This document shows, piece by piece, positions 10,836 through 20,987 of a stretch of 64,000 nt of DNA (positions within the stretch are counted from its first letter, which is position 1; the number at the start of each line of letters is the position of its first letter). Under the pieces are notes generated by a model, which was not told the origin of the DNA, ran no database searches, and saw only the letters and a program-made list of their open reading frames with translations. A program made the translations under genes and the position numbers. The stretch spans positions 27,094 to 91,093 of IMG/VR virus record IMGVR_UViG_3300025018_000121, one strand, 5' to 3'. The stretch is from a virus.

Positions 10836-11471
10836 ATGAACAAGCTAGTAAAACGTATTCAAATATTTTTAAAGCAGCACGGCTTATACAACGGCGTAGC
10901 TGACGGTCAAGATGATTCAGAAACACGTCACGGTTACGATCTTTGGTGCCGATCCGTAGGAAAAAATTCTCCAACACAAAGAGCCTTTCCTGAGCATGAC
11001 TCTTTTATTCCAGAAGAAATTACTAAGTTTTTTGAATCAAGAAAGAAAGCAAAAGAAAATAAAATCCCTGTAGTTACTCCACAAGACAAAAATGATTCAA
11101 CAGAAAAACCCCTAACACTAGAAACCTTAGTTGACAGACTCAAAGAAGGCAATTTTGTTTTTAACGGCGATGATTTAAAAGCTCTGTTTACCCTTCCATT
11201 CTTGCCCTATGTAGACCACATCACTAAGGTAGAGGACTTGGAAAACGGTCAAGTAGGTACGTGTTTCGGCAAATCTATTTATACAGAGAACGTAGACTTG
11301 CTAAAAGAACTTCACGCCAGTTTTGAAGCTGACATTACAAAAAGTCTAAAAGAGATTGAAGACAGTAAGCAAAAAACTGAAAAGCCTAAGAGTAGCACAG
11401 AAACTAAGAAGCCTTCAGTACAAATTAAAAAAGGCGGTATCCCAAAAAACAAATCATCAAAGAAAAAATAA
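10836..11471 (+). CDS. Hypothetical protein with N-terminal peptidoglycan-binding-like motif
   Basis: VKRIQIFLKQHGLYNGVADG..ET resembles the PG_binding_1 consensus. Confidence 0.45.
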   Translation: MNKLVKRIQIFLKQHGLYNGVADGQDDSETRHGYDLWCRSVGKNSPTQRAFPEHDSFIPEEITKFFESRKKAKENKIPVVTPQDKNDSTEKPLTLETLVDRLKEGNFVFNGDDLKALFTLPFLPYVDHITKVEDLENGQVGTCFGKSIYTENVDLLKELHASFEADITKSLKEIEDSKQKTEKPKSSTETKKPSVQIKKGGIPKNKSSKKK

Positions 11472-11501
11472 AGTAGTCTCCTTGCGTGTGCGTGTGTACA
11501 C

Positions 11502-11530
11502 AGGCCGGCAAATAAGTCGGCCTTCTTTTT
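11502..11530 (+). terminator. Rho-independent terminator
   Basis: AGGCCGGC-AAATAA-GTCGGCCT followed by TCTTTTT. Confidence 0.65.
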
Positions 11531-11531
11531 C

Positions 11532-11540
11532 TGTAAAGTA
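11532..11540 (+). promoter_or_regulatory. TGTAAAGTA phage promoter-like motif (one of at least 10 copies)
   Basis: Same 9-mer in gene-sense orientation at 3141, 11532, 15567, 16494, 17420, 20921, 33013 (+) and 48056, 55153, 59580 (-). Confidence 0.65.
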
Positions 11541-11577
11541 AGACAGTAAGATAACCCACTGTGGTAGAGAAAAACTT

Positions 11578-14500
11578 ATGTACCCAAAAAGAGAGAAGCC
11601 CGCAGTTAACTGTGTATATAACACAGGAAACGAAATATTCAATGAGAAAGAAATGAGCTACTATTCTTTTCTTTCTGAAACTCCTCGCTCGGTACTTTCT
11701 GTATCGAAAGAATGCAAACCGTTTGATATGCGAGTACCCATTTCTAAGAAATGGAAGAAAAGCAAAAATCGAATGTTGTTTGTATGTCAGCACGTTCATA
11801 CCGAAGACTTGAAAACTAAAACCCTTTTAAGTGCACAATCAGGTACATTACTTAAAAACCTTTTGAATTACTCTAAGAAACTTGCTGTTGCTACTAGCAA
11901 TATTCCACAGGACTTTGCTTATGCAGCGGTTAACTTCAATTTCTTCAAGTCGTATCATTTATCCCCAGCACAGCAAAAAGAATTAAACATAAACTCAATT
12001 AATGCAAAGAGGGTGCGTCGTTTTATTCAAAAGACGCGCCCTACACACGTTTTCTTTTCAGGCTGTGAGGCGGCCTATGCTATTCTAGGGGACTCAGTTC
12101 CTAACATAGAACACAAAATGGGTTGGGTAATTGATGCAAAGATAGATGGATTAAAAGTAAAGGTATGCTCTTCTTTTGATTTTGTTGACGCTATCTCTGA
12201 TAAAAGAAAAAGAAAAGAGTGGGAAGATGATGAAGACGATGACAGTGGTGACGACGCCGGTCTAGAAGGTGCTTTTTCACTAGGGTATTTCGCACGCTGT
12301 CTTCGCAACGCACTAATTGATAAGATACCGCATGAAATTAATTTAGTACCTAAAGGGGAATATGTAGACACAATAGAAAAATTTGATGCAATGATGAAAG
12401 TGCTCAATAAAGCACAGTACATTGCTGTAGATACAGAAGCTCAGAATCTTAACAAAATTAAAAATAAAACATATACCCTTCAATTTGCAGTAAAGAAAAG
12501 CAAAGGGTATGTGTTGCCTTATTTACACGGTATGACACCTTTCAGCTCTGATGAACTTGCGTACATAAGGAAAAAGCTAAGAGCATTCTTTTCACAGAAA
12601 ATTGAGTTAAGCGGGGATATTAAAAAGGCGAGATTCCTTTTAATGTTCAACGGTAAATTTGACTTGTCTCTTTTGAGAAACGAGTTCGGTATTCGTGTCT
12701 ATCACTGGCCTCTTTGGGATATTCAAGCGGGTGAATACTTGCTTGACGAAAACTTAAAATTTATAGGCAAAGTTGCTAAAGTAGGTTCAAAGAAATTACA
12801 CCACGGTAACTTGGCACAATTACTTGCAAACTATGGTTGTGATTTTTATTACACGTCTGCATTCAGTAAAGCAGATCGTGGCGACATGGACAATACAGAT
12901 ATCACTAGCCAAGCCTTTATTAATTATGCGGCTATGGACGCTCAGTGTCTTATTGCTATGTTTGAACAACAGCTAAAAAGAGCAAAGCAAGAAACTCACA
13001 TGGTAAATGGCCAAAGGGTTTCTTATTTAAAAGACTATTGCAGAATGAATCTATGTCAAATGTCTAACATTATCCATGACTTTTCTGTTATGGAATACAG
13101 AGGAACTAATGTAGACAGAAGACACCTATTGTATTTAAAAACAAAACAGAGTCCTATTAGTCAGTCCATCTATAAAGCAAGAAACGATTTGTACGCTTTA
13201 AAATCTGTTAAGGAAGCAAACAAGTTTTTATTGAAAGAGAAAAATGTTCAAAGCAACTCACTTTTTGGTGAAGCATGGGCCTTTAATATCGACAAGCCTT
13301 ATCATAAACAGGTCTTGTATATTAAAGTTCTTGGACTAGAGCCTATCACTTACGGAAAGAGCGGAGAGCCTTCGTTAGGAAAAATATTTAAGAAGACTTA
13401 TAAAGACACTGAAGAAGTAAAAATTCTAGAAGCACTAGAAAAAGTTAAGAAACTTAAAACTTCCTACGTTAATGCTTTCATAAAGTTTTTGAGTGAGGGC
13501 GACGGCGCAGCAGATGGTAGAATCAGACCTAAGTTTGATTTCTTTCCTGTTGTTACAGGCCGAAGCAACTCTAGTAAACCTTCTTTGCAGCAGATTCCCC
13601 AGCGCGGTGATAATGCCAAACATCTAAAAAGAGTATTCGCAGCAGGAAAAGGAAAGATAAAAATCAAACAAGATTACTCAGCTCACGAAATTCGTTGCTG
13701 GTCTATTATTTCACTAGATAAGGTCTTGGGTTCTGTATTTATGATCGGTAGAAAACTCCGGTCAAAGTTTTTTAAGACAGGTAAAGAAAAATACAAGAAA
13801 GAAATTGCGTTAAAAGGTGACGTTCACAAACTAAACCAGAACTTCTTCTTTGGTACTCCTATTAAAGAAATTACACCCGAACAACGTGACGGTATCAAAG
13901 CTGTAGGCTTTGGTGCTATTTACGGCAAGTCTGTTTCTACACTTGCTAAAGACTTAAAGAAAGCTATTGAAATTGTTCAAGAACTTGTTGATAAATACTT
14001 TGGTCGTTACAAGAAAGCGAGTAATTGGTTAAAGTGGGCAAAATCTTTCAGTGAAAAATATCTTTTTGTTAACTCTCCTATTGGTCGCAGACGTTATCTG
14101 TTCGGCTATTTAACACAAGATAATCGTATCGTTGCTGCTATGCAACGTCGTGCTATGAACTCTCCTATTCAGGGTATGGCAGCAGACTTTGGCCACACTG
14201 CATCTAGACTATTTTCTATTGAGTTTGAAAAAGTTTTAACTAAGCTAAAACGTATTACCGAAGAAACAGAAAAGATGCCTTCCGACATTGAGGTTATGGT
14301 ACACGACTCAATGCAGACTGAAGTAGATTTTCAAAACGTACTTATCGCAGTTCATTTGTTACAGTGGTGTGCTACACAGGGCGTTGTTGACTATTACGGA
14401 AAACATTTTGGCTTGAAGTTTTCTGTTATTCCTGAAGTAGATATGGAATTTGGAATGTCTGAAGACAAAATGTATAACTGGAATTGGTCACTAACAGGTA

Positions 14501-14799
14501 AAGTAATACAGAAAGTAACGGAGGGAGACAAAGAAAAATTTTATGTTGTTGAATACGTGGATGGAAAAGAAGTAAAAAAGAGAATTAAAGGTAATGATGA
14601 ACTCGAAGCTGACGAGTCTTTTCCTTTAGACTACTGTATTCATAAAACGGCAGAAGACTACATTAAGATGTATCCAGAACACGACATAACAGCTAAAAAG
14701 ATCGTAAAAACTATTTATTCTGACTGGGAAAATTCCAAGATCAAAGCGTATCTTGATAAGAAGTATCCCATACTTGCGGAGTGGGAGTGTGAAATATGA
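11578..14799 (+). CDS. polA: Family A DNA polymerase with 3'-5' exonuclease and an N-terminal uracil-DNA-glycosylase-like domain
   Basis: Exo motifs DTE, FNGKFD, YAAMD; pol motifs TGRSNSSKPSLQQIP, DYSAHEIR, KAVGFGAIYG, VHDS; start may be 11653. Confidence 0.92.
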   Translation: MYPKREKPAVNCVYNTGNEIFNEKEMSYYSFLSETPRSVLSVSKECKPFDMRVPISKKWKKSKNRMLFVCQHVHTEDLKTKTLLSAQSGTLLKNLLNYSKKLAVATSNIPQDFAYAAVNFNFFKSYHLSPAQQKELNINSINAKRVRRFIQKTRPTHVFFSGCEAAYAILGDSVPNIEHKMGWVIDAKIDGLKVKVCSSFDFVDAISDKRKRKEWEDDEDDDSGDDAGLEGAFSLGYFARCLRNALIDKIPHEINLVPKGEYVDTIEKFDAMMKVLNKAQYIAVDTEAQNLNKIKNKTYTLQFAVKKSKGYVLPYLHGMTPFSSDELAYIRKKLRAFFSQKIELSGDIKKARFLLMFNGKFDLSLLRNEFGIRVYHWPLWDIQAGEYLLDENLKFIGKVAKVGSKKLHHGNLAQLLANYGCDFYYTSAFSKADRGDMDNTDITSQAFINYAAMDAQCLIAMFEQQLKRAKQETHMVNGQRVSYLKDYCRMNLCQMSNIIHDFSVMEYRGTNVDRRHLLYLKTKQSPISQSIYKARNDLYALKSVKEANKFLLKEKNVQSNSLFGEAWAFNIDKPYHKQVLYIKVLGLEPITYGKSGEPSLGKIFKKTYKDTEEVKILEALEKVKKLKTSYVNAFIKFLSEGDGAADGRIRPKFDFFPVVTGRSNSSKPSLQQIPQRGDNAKHLKRVFAAGKGKIKIKQDYSAHEIRCWSIISLDKVLGSVFMIGRKLRSKFFKTGKEKYKKEIALKGDVHKLNQNFFFGTPIKEITPEQRDGIKAVGFGAIYGKSVSTLAKDLKKAIEIVQELVDKYFGRYKKASNWLKWAKSFSEKYLFVNSPIGRRRYLFGYLTQDNRIVAAMQRRAMNSPIQGMAADFGHTASRLFSIEFEKVLTKLKRITEETEKMPSDIEVMVHDSMQTEVDFQNVLIAVHLLQWCATQGVVDYYGKHFGLKFSVIPEVDMEFGMSEDKMYNWNWSLTGKVIQKVTEGDKEKFYVVEYVDGKEVKKRIKGNDELEADESFPLDYCIHKTAEDYIKMYPEHDITAKKIVKTIYSDWENSKIKAYLDKKYPILAEWECEI

Positions 14800-15563
14800 G
14801 AGGGTGCCTAGTAATAAGTTCGTCAAGAAATGACGATTCTAATCTAAAAGATTTTTACCAAACTGTTTTTGAAGACTCCATGGTATTTCACGGAAACTCT
14901 TTCACTGATAAGTTTAGTATCAGCACAAATACTAGCATTAATACTGAGGCTGGTTCTTTTGCAGTGTCTGACGATGAAATCTATGAAATGCCTGTACCTA
15001 CTAGAGGCTCTATAATTTTAAATACATTTGAAGGTGTTATACCACAAGTCAATCAGGACATTATTAATGACTTTACTGAGATTGATGATGAACGCTATAA
15101 AGATAAAGCATACTGTGCAAGTAAACTTTTAACGCACCTAAACTCTAACAAGCACAAAGACTGTTTTCAAGAAAAAGAGATTGAACGTAACTACAACGAC
15201 CTTATTAAAGCGCGTATTGTCGATAGAATAGACGGCAGTTGGGCTTTTTCAATGGCCTACATAGCAATGTCAGGAAAAGGGCGAATCGTAATTGCACGAA
15301 AACTTAGGGATGTTTATTTCCACTTTGTAAGTACCAATACATTTAACGCAATCGTTTGGACTACTGACCTTCATTTATTCCATAGTCTAGATAAAAGATT
15401 TTTTGTGTATAGCATGACGCCACTCGCACATAAAGACTCTCTGGTATTGCATCCATTATTCTTGATAGATAAATGGAAGCGCTGGAACAGCAAGAAGACT
15501 AAAACAAATAGTTTCTCTGCAATTTCTATTTTAGAACAATACCTTACTAGAAGTGCGCGTTAA
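14796..15563 (+). CDS. Divergent class II glutamine-amidotransferase/Ntn-fold-like protein
   Basis: MRGCLV N-terminus, IDGSWAF and IVIARK..VYF resemble GATase-II motifs; the N-terminal nucleophile Cys is not at position 2. Confidence 0.4.
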   Translation: MRGCLVISSSRNDDSNLKDFYQTVFEDSMVFHGNSFTDKFSISTNTSINTEAGSFAVSDDEIYEMPVPTRGSIILNTFEGVIPQVNQDIINDFTEIDDERYKDKAYCASKLLTHLNSNKHKDCFQEKEIERNYNDLIKARIVDRIDGSWAFSMAYIAMSGKGRIVIARKLRDVYFHFVSTNTFNAIVWTTDLHLFHSLDKRFFVYSMTPLAHKDSLVLHPLFLIDKWKRWNSKKTKTNSFSAISILEQYLTRSAR

Positions 15564-15596
15564 ACATGTAAAGTATACGAACCCATGGAGGTAATA

Positions 15597-16661
15597 ATGC
15601 AGTTGTTATTTGATAGTGATGCGTTAACAGGTGTTATATCACGTTTAACCAAAGTTATTTCCAACCCTTCTGAAGTACATCTTGTAGTAAAAGACGGCAA
15701 GTGCTTTGTTTCCGCTTCTAGTGAAGGCTTTTTAGTTAGCTTATCTCTGAAAGCTGATTGTAAGAAAGACGGTTTTTGCTCTGTGGAATTTAACAGTTTC
15801 AAAACCGTATTTAAGAATAGAAAAACAGTAGAGCTTAAACTAGAAGGCACTAAACTGTTTTTCAAAGCGACTAACTCGAAAAGCTTTGCAGGAAATCTTG
15901 TAACACAGGACTACACAAAGCACAGACTGCCGTCCATAAAAGACTCTAAGACCGTACCTACGGAACAAGTCGATTTTATATCAGACGTTTTAAAAAATAT
16001 GTCTATTGAGGATTTTTACTTTAAGAAGCCCTTATCTTTTACCTGTTTTTCAAAAGATAAATTGGCCTACTGCTATGTAACTTCTACACATCACATGGCT
16101 ATAGCAAAGAAGTCCTGCAAAAAAGACTTCGTTGAGTTCACACTTCCTTTAAAATGCCTTTCTTCTATTATTGCAGTAATGGACGGGAAGTTTTCTTTCA
16201 GCATCGAAGAATCTAGAATCATCGTAACGAATAAAGCAGGTGACATTGTAGTTAATCCACTAGAGTCTGTAGAAGATGCTCCGAAGAAAGAAAAAGTTCT
16301 TGGAATGTATGACGAACTGCAATCGAGTAAGCGCATTGTGGCAAAAGCAATTTCTATTGATTCTGTTAAAGATAGCATGGCGGCCTTTTCTTCATTGAAA
16401 TCAGAAAAGTCTACACTTCAAATAGAGTCAACAAAGACAGGGCTTGAGCTAAGTATGTCGAGCACTAAAGGAACTCTAAACCAAACGATTAAATGTAAAG
16501 TAAAAAACAAAGGAAAAATTCTAGTTAATCCTGATATGCTTTCTAACTTTATAAGAATTGCCAGTAAGGACTCGTTTACTTTGAGCGCTACAGACCGTGC
16601 CTTTTCATTATTCACAGAGCAAAGTGAAAATGCTCTGTGTTATCTAGGAGCGCAGGTTTAA
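15597..16661 (+). CDS. Probable DNA sliding clamp (DnaN beta-clamp-like)
   Basis: About 355 aa, threefold alpha/beta pattern, near polymerase; GGAGG RBS before ATG 15597. Confidence 0.55.
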   Translation: MQLLFDSDALTGVISRLTKVISNPSEVHLVVKDGKCFVSASSEGFLVSLSLKADCKKDGFCSVEFNSFKTVFKNRKTVELKLEGTKLFFKATNSKSFAGNLVTQDYTKHRLPSIKDSKTVPTEQVDFISDVLKNMSIEDFYFKKPLSFTCFSKDKLAYCYVTSTHHMAIAKKSCKKDFVEFTLPLKCLSSIIAVMDGKFSFSIEESRIIVTNKAGDIVVNPLESVEDAPKKEKVLGMYDELQSSKRIVAKAISIDSVKDSMAAFSSLKSEKSTLQIESTKTGLELSMSSTKGTLNQTIKCKVKNKGKILVNPDMLSNFIRIASKDSFTLSATDRAFSLFTEQSENALCYLGAQV

Positions 16662-17101
16662 TGAAAAGACACCATAAAAAACAGATCATGTTTAAACTAA
16701 ATGTTCCCACTGGAAGAATCTATAAGTGCGCTCATTTAAACTTTTCTATGTTCTATAACTTTAAAGTACAGCCTAAAATATTCAAGAGTGTATTCCTTTC
16801 TAGACTTGAAACTATAAATCTTCCTAACCTTGACGTGTATGAAGTCAGAGCTAATGCACTAGAAGGTGCATTAATTGGATATGGTTTTGATTGTTACGGT
16901 AAAGTCACCGTGTTCCGAAGTAATTACGTAGGTTCATCTAACGTGTATTTTTCAACTTCAAAACTGAAAGAGTTAAACAAAGACAACCTAGACCTGAAGT
17001 TTTCTTTAAACAACATGTTGTTTTTTGAATACGAAGGTATGGCAACTCTTGTTACGCTAGGACTTGGTGACAAGATAAAAAATGCAATGGAAATAAACTA
17101 A
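16661..17101 (+). CDS. Hypothetical protein
   Basis: ATG overlaps previous stop. Confidence 0.6.
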   Translation: MKRHHKKQIMFKLNVPTGRIYKCAHLNFSMFYNFKVQPKIFKSVFLSRLETINLPNLDVYEVRANALEGALIGYGFDCYGKVTVFRSNYVGSSNVYFSTSKLKELNKDNLDLKFSLNNMLFFEYEGMATLVTLGLGDKIKNAMEIN

Positions 17102-17117
17102 CCCAAGTGGTAATAAC

Positions 17118-17660
17118 ATGACAAACAAATCTTTAAAGCGATTACTAAGAGCAGACAACCGTTTCGTTAAATATAAAAATATTTTAAGCCATGCAGAATC
17201 TATGGCAGAATTTGAAAACTATTTGACTGAATTAGAGAATATGCACAAAGCCAGAAAAGCAAGAACCCTTGTGCATAAAAGTATAAGTACGCAGCGCCTT
17301 ATGAAAGCCATTCTGCAAGACGCTTCTTATAGGTCACGTTGCGTAGAAATCATGGTACAGGTTAGTAAAGCACAGCGTTTACTGAACGCAGCAACAGACG
17401 AAATCTATAATCATATTTTTGTAAAGTACAAGGCATACCTTTCTCAGTACAGGACTAAAGCGGAGAAAGACTCATTCGTACAAGCGATTCTATCCGACTC
17501 TTATTCAAAGCAAGCAGACTTTGAAAGAATTGCAGACGTTGCTAAAAGTATCATTGAAGATATTGATAAGTTCAGTTGGTCTACGAAAAATATCATTGAA
17601 GCGATGAAGCTAATTTTCCAGAAAGAAAATGTTATCGGTCTGAAAACGCATACAATGTAA
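17118..17660 (+). CDS. Hypothetical helical protein (possible recombination mediator)
   Basis: 180-aa all-helical ORF in the replication block. Confidence 0.5.
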   Translation: MTNKSLKRLLRADNRFVKYKNILSHAESMAEFENYLTELENMHKARKARTLVHKSISTQRLMKAILQDASYRSRCVEIMVQVSKAQRLLNAATDEIYNHIFVKYKAYLSQYRTKAEKDSFVQAILSDSYSKQADFERIADVAKSIIEDIDKFSWSTKNIIEAMKLIFQKENVIGLKTHTM

Positions 17661-17670
17661 GGAGCTTAAT

Positions 17671-17868
17671 ATGGCTGAAGTAACTACACTAAACGGAATA
17701 ACCTTTATTAAGAATGACGACGGTACACTTGACGTGTCGGACGGAAAAAGAGTATTTAAAAACTGCTATATTAAAAGTATGAATGACGCGGATTTTTTTG
17801 ACTCTCCTGCTGATCCGCTTGTATTAAGTATGACTATTGAATACAAGATATCAGAGGACAACAAATGA
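17671..17868 (+). CDS. Small hypothetical protein
   Basis: AGGAG RBS, operon packing. Confidence 0.6.
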   Translation: MAEVTTLNGITFIKNDDGTLDVSDGKRVFKNCYIKSMNDADFFDSPADPLVLSMTIEYKISEDNK

Positions 17869-18098
17869 GTTACGAAGTAATAAAGTTTGTAAAGAGAGTG
17901 GGAAATGTAATTCCACTTATACCAAAAGATGTGCAGTCCGAACTTGCTTTTCTTGGACTTGAAAAAGATTATATACACAGAGTAGAACTTAAAAACGACA
18001 AGTATGTAGTGAGTATGGTATTAGTCGCACCCCCTGCGCCTTGTGAGCACATTACAGTGAACTTTAAGATAGGAGACATAGATGGAAATTCAAATTGA
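17865..18098 (+). CDS. Small hypothetical protein
   Basis: GAGG RBS, ATGA overlap. Confidence 0.6.
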   Translation: MSYEVIKFVKRVGNVIPLIPKDVQSELAFLGLEKDYIHRVELKNDKYVVSMVLVAPPAPCEHITVNFKIGDIDGNSN

Positions 18099-18279
18099 AA
18101 TTGAAACGTCAGTGTACGCAATTATGATAGTAACCAGTGTAATTTTTATTTTGTCTGTGTGGTGGTTTTCCTTTTCTCATAGAAAAAACGAACAGTTTAG
18201 AAACGAAAATCGAAGAAAATTACTTTCAAGGTTTTATTCTGAGGAAGACGTTGATTATTTAATGGGAGAGAAGGAATGA
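18082..18279 (+). CDS. Small single-TM membrane protein
   Basis: AGGAG RBS, hydrophobic helix then basic tail. Confidence 0.6.
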   Translation: MEIQIEIETSVYAIMIVTSVIFILSVWWFSFSHRKNEQFRNENRRKLLSRFYSEEDVDYLMGEKE

Positions 18280-18476
18280 CATCGTTAGGTATGGTAATAG
18301 TATGTTCAATTTCTATAGCGCTTGTACTACTCGCATTTTTCATTGTTAATCGAAGAGAGAAACAACGCAAGCAATATTACAAAGTATGGATTGACCACAT
18401 GCGCAAATCAGGTACACATGAAGCAGAAATAATGAGGCTTACTGGTTTGTATTATCTCTCAGTAGAGGAAGACTAA
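18276..18476 (+). CDS. Small single-TM membrane protein
   Basis: N-terminal hydrophobic helix then basic tail. Confidence 0.6.
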   Translation: MTSLGMVIVCSISIALVLLAFFIVNRREKQRKQYYKVWIDHMRKSGTHEAEIMRLTGLYYLSVEED

Positions 18477-20014
18477 TGTCTACATCTAACCGGATATTTT
18501 TCAAGGAAAGGATTTATATTCCTGAAAAAATAGTGGACATGGATGAAATAGAAAAACGGTTTCACAGAACTGTATACAACGAAGAAAAATGTTTGAGCTG
18601 CGAGTTCTATGAAGACAGACACTGTGACGTGTGTGATGAATGTCCGGGCTTCATCGGTACGTTTAAAATGTACAAGGAAAAAGTTTCCGGTGGTAAAAAT
18701 TATATTGGAATTCCTTATGGTGCCAGAGATCAAATCAAGAAAGTAATTACACGGTCTGCAAAAGGAAAAGATTTGCGGGCCTGTCCGCCGTTTAAAACAA
18801 AGGGAATTAAATTTATTGCTAAGGAAAAGCCCTATCAAAGAAAAGCAAGAAAGAAAATGATCGAACGTGGATATGGTATTTTAAAAGCACCTCCACGTTC
18901 AGGCAAAACTGTAATGGCTACTTCAATTGTATGCAAATTACAAAGCAAGACAATTATTCTAGCTTCTCAGCGTGAGTGGCTTGTAGGTTTTTACGAAACC
19001 TTCTGTGGAAACAAATCCAAAAAAATTAAACCTTTCACAACAATACCTGATTTAGAATCATCAAATAAAAAGATTATTGGCTTTCCAAAAACTCTAAAAG
19101 AATATGAAAAATATGATATATGCCTAGTTACCTACCAATCTCTTAATTCCAGAGGCGGCAAGAGACTGCTTAAAAAAATCAAGGATATGTTTGGCGTACT
19201 TGTTCTTGATGAATGTCATGACGCAGGCGCACCTGTGCTTGCGCGTGTAGTGAACTCTTTTAATTGCAAATACCGTTTTGGTTTATCTGGTACTCCAGAA
19301 AGAAAGGACAAGAAAGACTTTGTTTTTGAATCTGTGTTTGGGGGTATAACGTACAACGCAAAAGTAAAAACACTTAAACCAAAAGTAACTTTCATTGAGA
19401 CACACACCAAATCAGATAAGCAATATTCTTTACCTATTCATGCAGTTAAGTTTCTAGAGCGTGATAAAAGACGTACCAAATTAATCGTTAAGCACATTGT
19501 TAGTGATGTTAAAAGAGGCCACCACGTAGTTGTTCCTGTTGCTCACGTTGCTTATATGAAGATGTTAGTGGAGGAAATAAATAAAAAAGCAGGAAAAGAA
19601 ATTGCTGTTGGTTTCTTTGGTGGACTATCTAAACCAAAGAAAGACCAGATTATTGCAGATGCTCAGAGTGGAAAAATAAAAGTTATTGTAGGCATTAGGA
19701 GAATGGTTCAGGTTGGTGTGAATATTCCACTATGGTCAGCTCTATATGAAATAAATCCGATATCAAATCCTCCAAAGATGAAACAAGAAACAGCACGAAT
19801 TCTAACTGACATACCCGGAAAACTAAGTCCAGTTATTAGACACTTCTTAGACGACGTAGGCTTTTCTAGAGGGTGTCTTAGAACATGTCTATTCAAAACA
19901 TATTTCCCAGAACGTTTTATTATTTCAGAAAAAGATAGGGGTTTGGCGCTTAAATATACATCAAAAGCTACCCTGAGCCATGATATAAGCTCTGCGGGCA
20001 TCAAGAAGTTTTAA
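18476..20014 (+). CDS. SF2 DExH helicase (UvsW/XPB-like)
   Basis: APPRSGKT, VTYQS, DECH, GLSGTPERKD, GVNIP, QETARI; N-terminal Cys cluster. Confidence 0.9.
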   Translation: MSTSNRIFFKERIYIPEKIVDMDEIEKRFHRTVYNEEKCLSCEFYEDRHCDVCDECPGFIGTFKMYKEKVSGGKNYIGIPYGARDQIKKVITRSAKGKDLRACPPFKTKGIKFIAKEKPYQRKARKKMIERGYGILKAPPRSGKTVMATSIVCKLQSKTIILASQREWLVGFYETFCGNKSKKIKPFTTIPDLESSNKKIIGFPKTLKEYEKYDICLVTYQSLNSRGGKRLLKKIKDMFGVLVLDECHDAGAPVLARVVNSFNCKYRFGLSGTPERKDKKDFVFESVFGGITYNAKVKTLKPKVTFIETHTKSDKQYSLPIHAVKFLERDKRRTKLIVKHIVSDVKRGHHVVVPVAHVAYMKMLVEEINKKAGKEIAVGFFGGLSKPKKDQIIADAQSGKIKVIVGIRRMVQVGVNIPLWSALYEINPISNPPKMKQETARILTDIPGKLSPVIRHFLDDVGFSRGCLRTCLFKTYFPERFIISEKDRGLALKYTSKATLSHDISSAGIKKF

Positions 20015-20837
20015 ACTTTTTTATTTTATCAAGTAGTTTTGATTTATTAATACTAGAATTCTTACTCTTTTTATTATTCTCATTTTGTGTTATCAGTCTT
20101 AGATTGCAAGGGTGCGCTACTATTTCTACAGGTACTGGATTTTTGTACTTAAAGAACCCGTCGTACTTTGAAAGTGCGTGGTCTATATGAAAATCTCTCG
20201 ATCTTTTATTGTCTTTGTCTATTATATTTTTATATTTTTTATAATTCCTCATAGTTTCGGCGTGTACTTGCTTACAGTACAATTTAAATTCGCTATACTG
20301 CCTTTCTTGAATACCCTTACTCTTTCTTTTAATTACACTGGCCCTTAATTTACTCTCACTAATACTTCTTATTCTCCAATTCTCCTTTATAGCCCAATTA
20401 CGCATGGCAGTTGAACTTATTCCGTGTAGTATAGCAATTTGAGTTATAGGCCACCCTTTTACCTCATAAAGTCTTTTATAATCGTTCAACTCACTTCGTA
20501 AAATCCATTTCTTTTTAGCTCTCAGTTTCCACTTATCTCTTTTGGCTGTATACAAAATATTTTCTACGGTAACTCCAAGTTCTTTAGCTATGTCTGACAT
20601 CTCTCTTTTACTTTTTTCATATTCTTTTTTCGCATACTTCATTTGCTCTATTGAAATTTTATAGTTCCCAGCCGGCCCGTATTTCCATTTATTTTTTATA
20701 CATAATTGTCTTATTGTTTCGCCTGAACATCCGTAGGCTTCCCCAATAGAATAAAGACGCTCTCCTTTTTCGGCCCTTTCTTTTATATCTTTCATCTTCT
20801 TAACTGTTAATATTTTTGAAAACTCCCGAGGCTTCAT
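20001..20837 (-). CDS. Free-standing HNH homing endonuclease with tandem HTH repeats, inverted relative to neighbours
   Basis: Three HTH-like repeats; C-terminal FHIDH...AHPCNLRLITQNENNKK; GGAG RBS. Confidence 0.8.
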   Translation of the reverse strand: MKPREFSKILTVKKMKDIKERAEKGERLYSIGEAYGCSGETIRQLCIKNKWKYGPAGNYKISIEQMKYAKKEYEKSKREMSDIAKELGVTVENILYTAKRDKWKLRAKKKWILRSELNDYKRLYEVKGWPITQIAILHGISSTAMRNWAIKENWRIRSISESKLRASVIKRKSKGIQERQYSEFKLYCKQVHAETMRNYKKYKNIIDKDNKRSRDFHIDHALSKYDGFFKYKNPVPVEIVAHPCNLRLITQNENNKKSKNSSINKSKLLDKIKKFKTS

Positions 20838-20860
20838 TTTTTATCTCCAAAGCGGTTTTA

Positions 20861-20870
20861 ATAAAATTAG
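20861..20870 (-). promoter_or_regulatory. CTAATTTwA late-promoter-like motif upstream of the HNH gene
   Basis: Related motif at 4120, 23585, 27256 and 35746 (+), upstream of packaging/virion genes. Confidence 0.5.
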
Positions 20871-20891
20871 ACAACTACCGAAGTTTGAACA

Positions 20892-20987
20892 AGACTCTCC
20901 CGTGAAGAAATGGCGAAGGCTGTAAAGTATACCAGTAAGAGAACAATTAACCATGACAAAAGTGGCAGTGGCATTCGACAGTTCTAA
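20892..20987 (+). pseudogene. Stranded second copy of the helicase 3' end (31 codons plus stop)
   Basis: RLSREEMAKAVKYTSKRTINHDKSGSGIRQF* aligns without gaps to the helicase end IISEKDRGLALKYTSKATLSHDISSAGIKKF* (14/31 identical). Confidence 0.85.
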
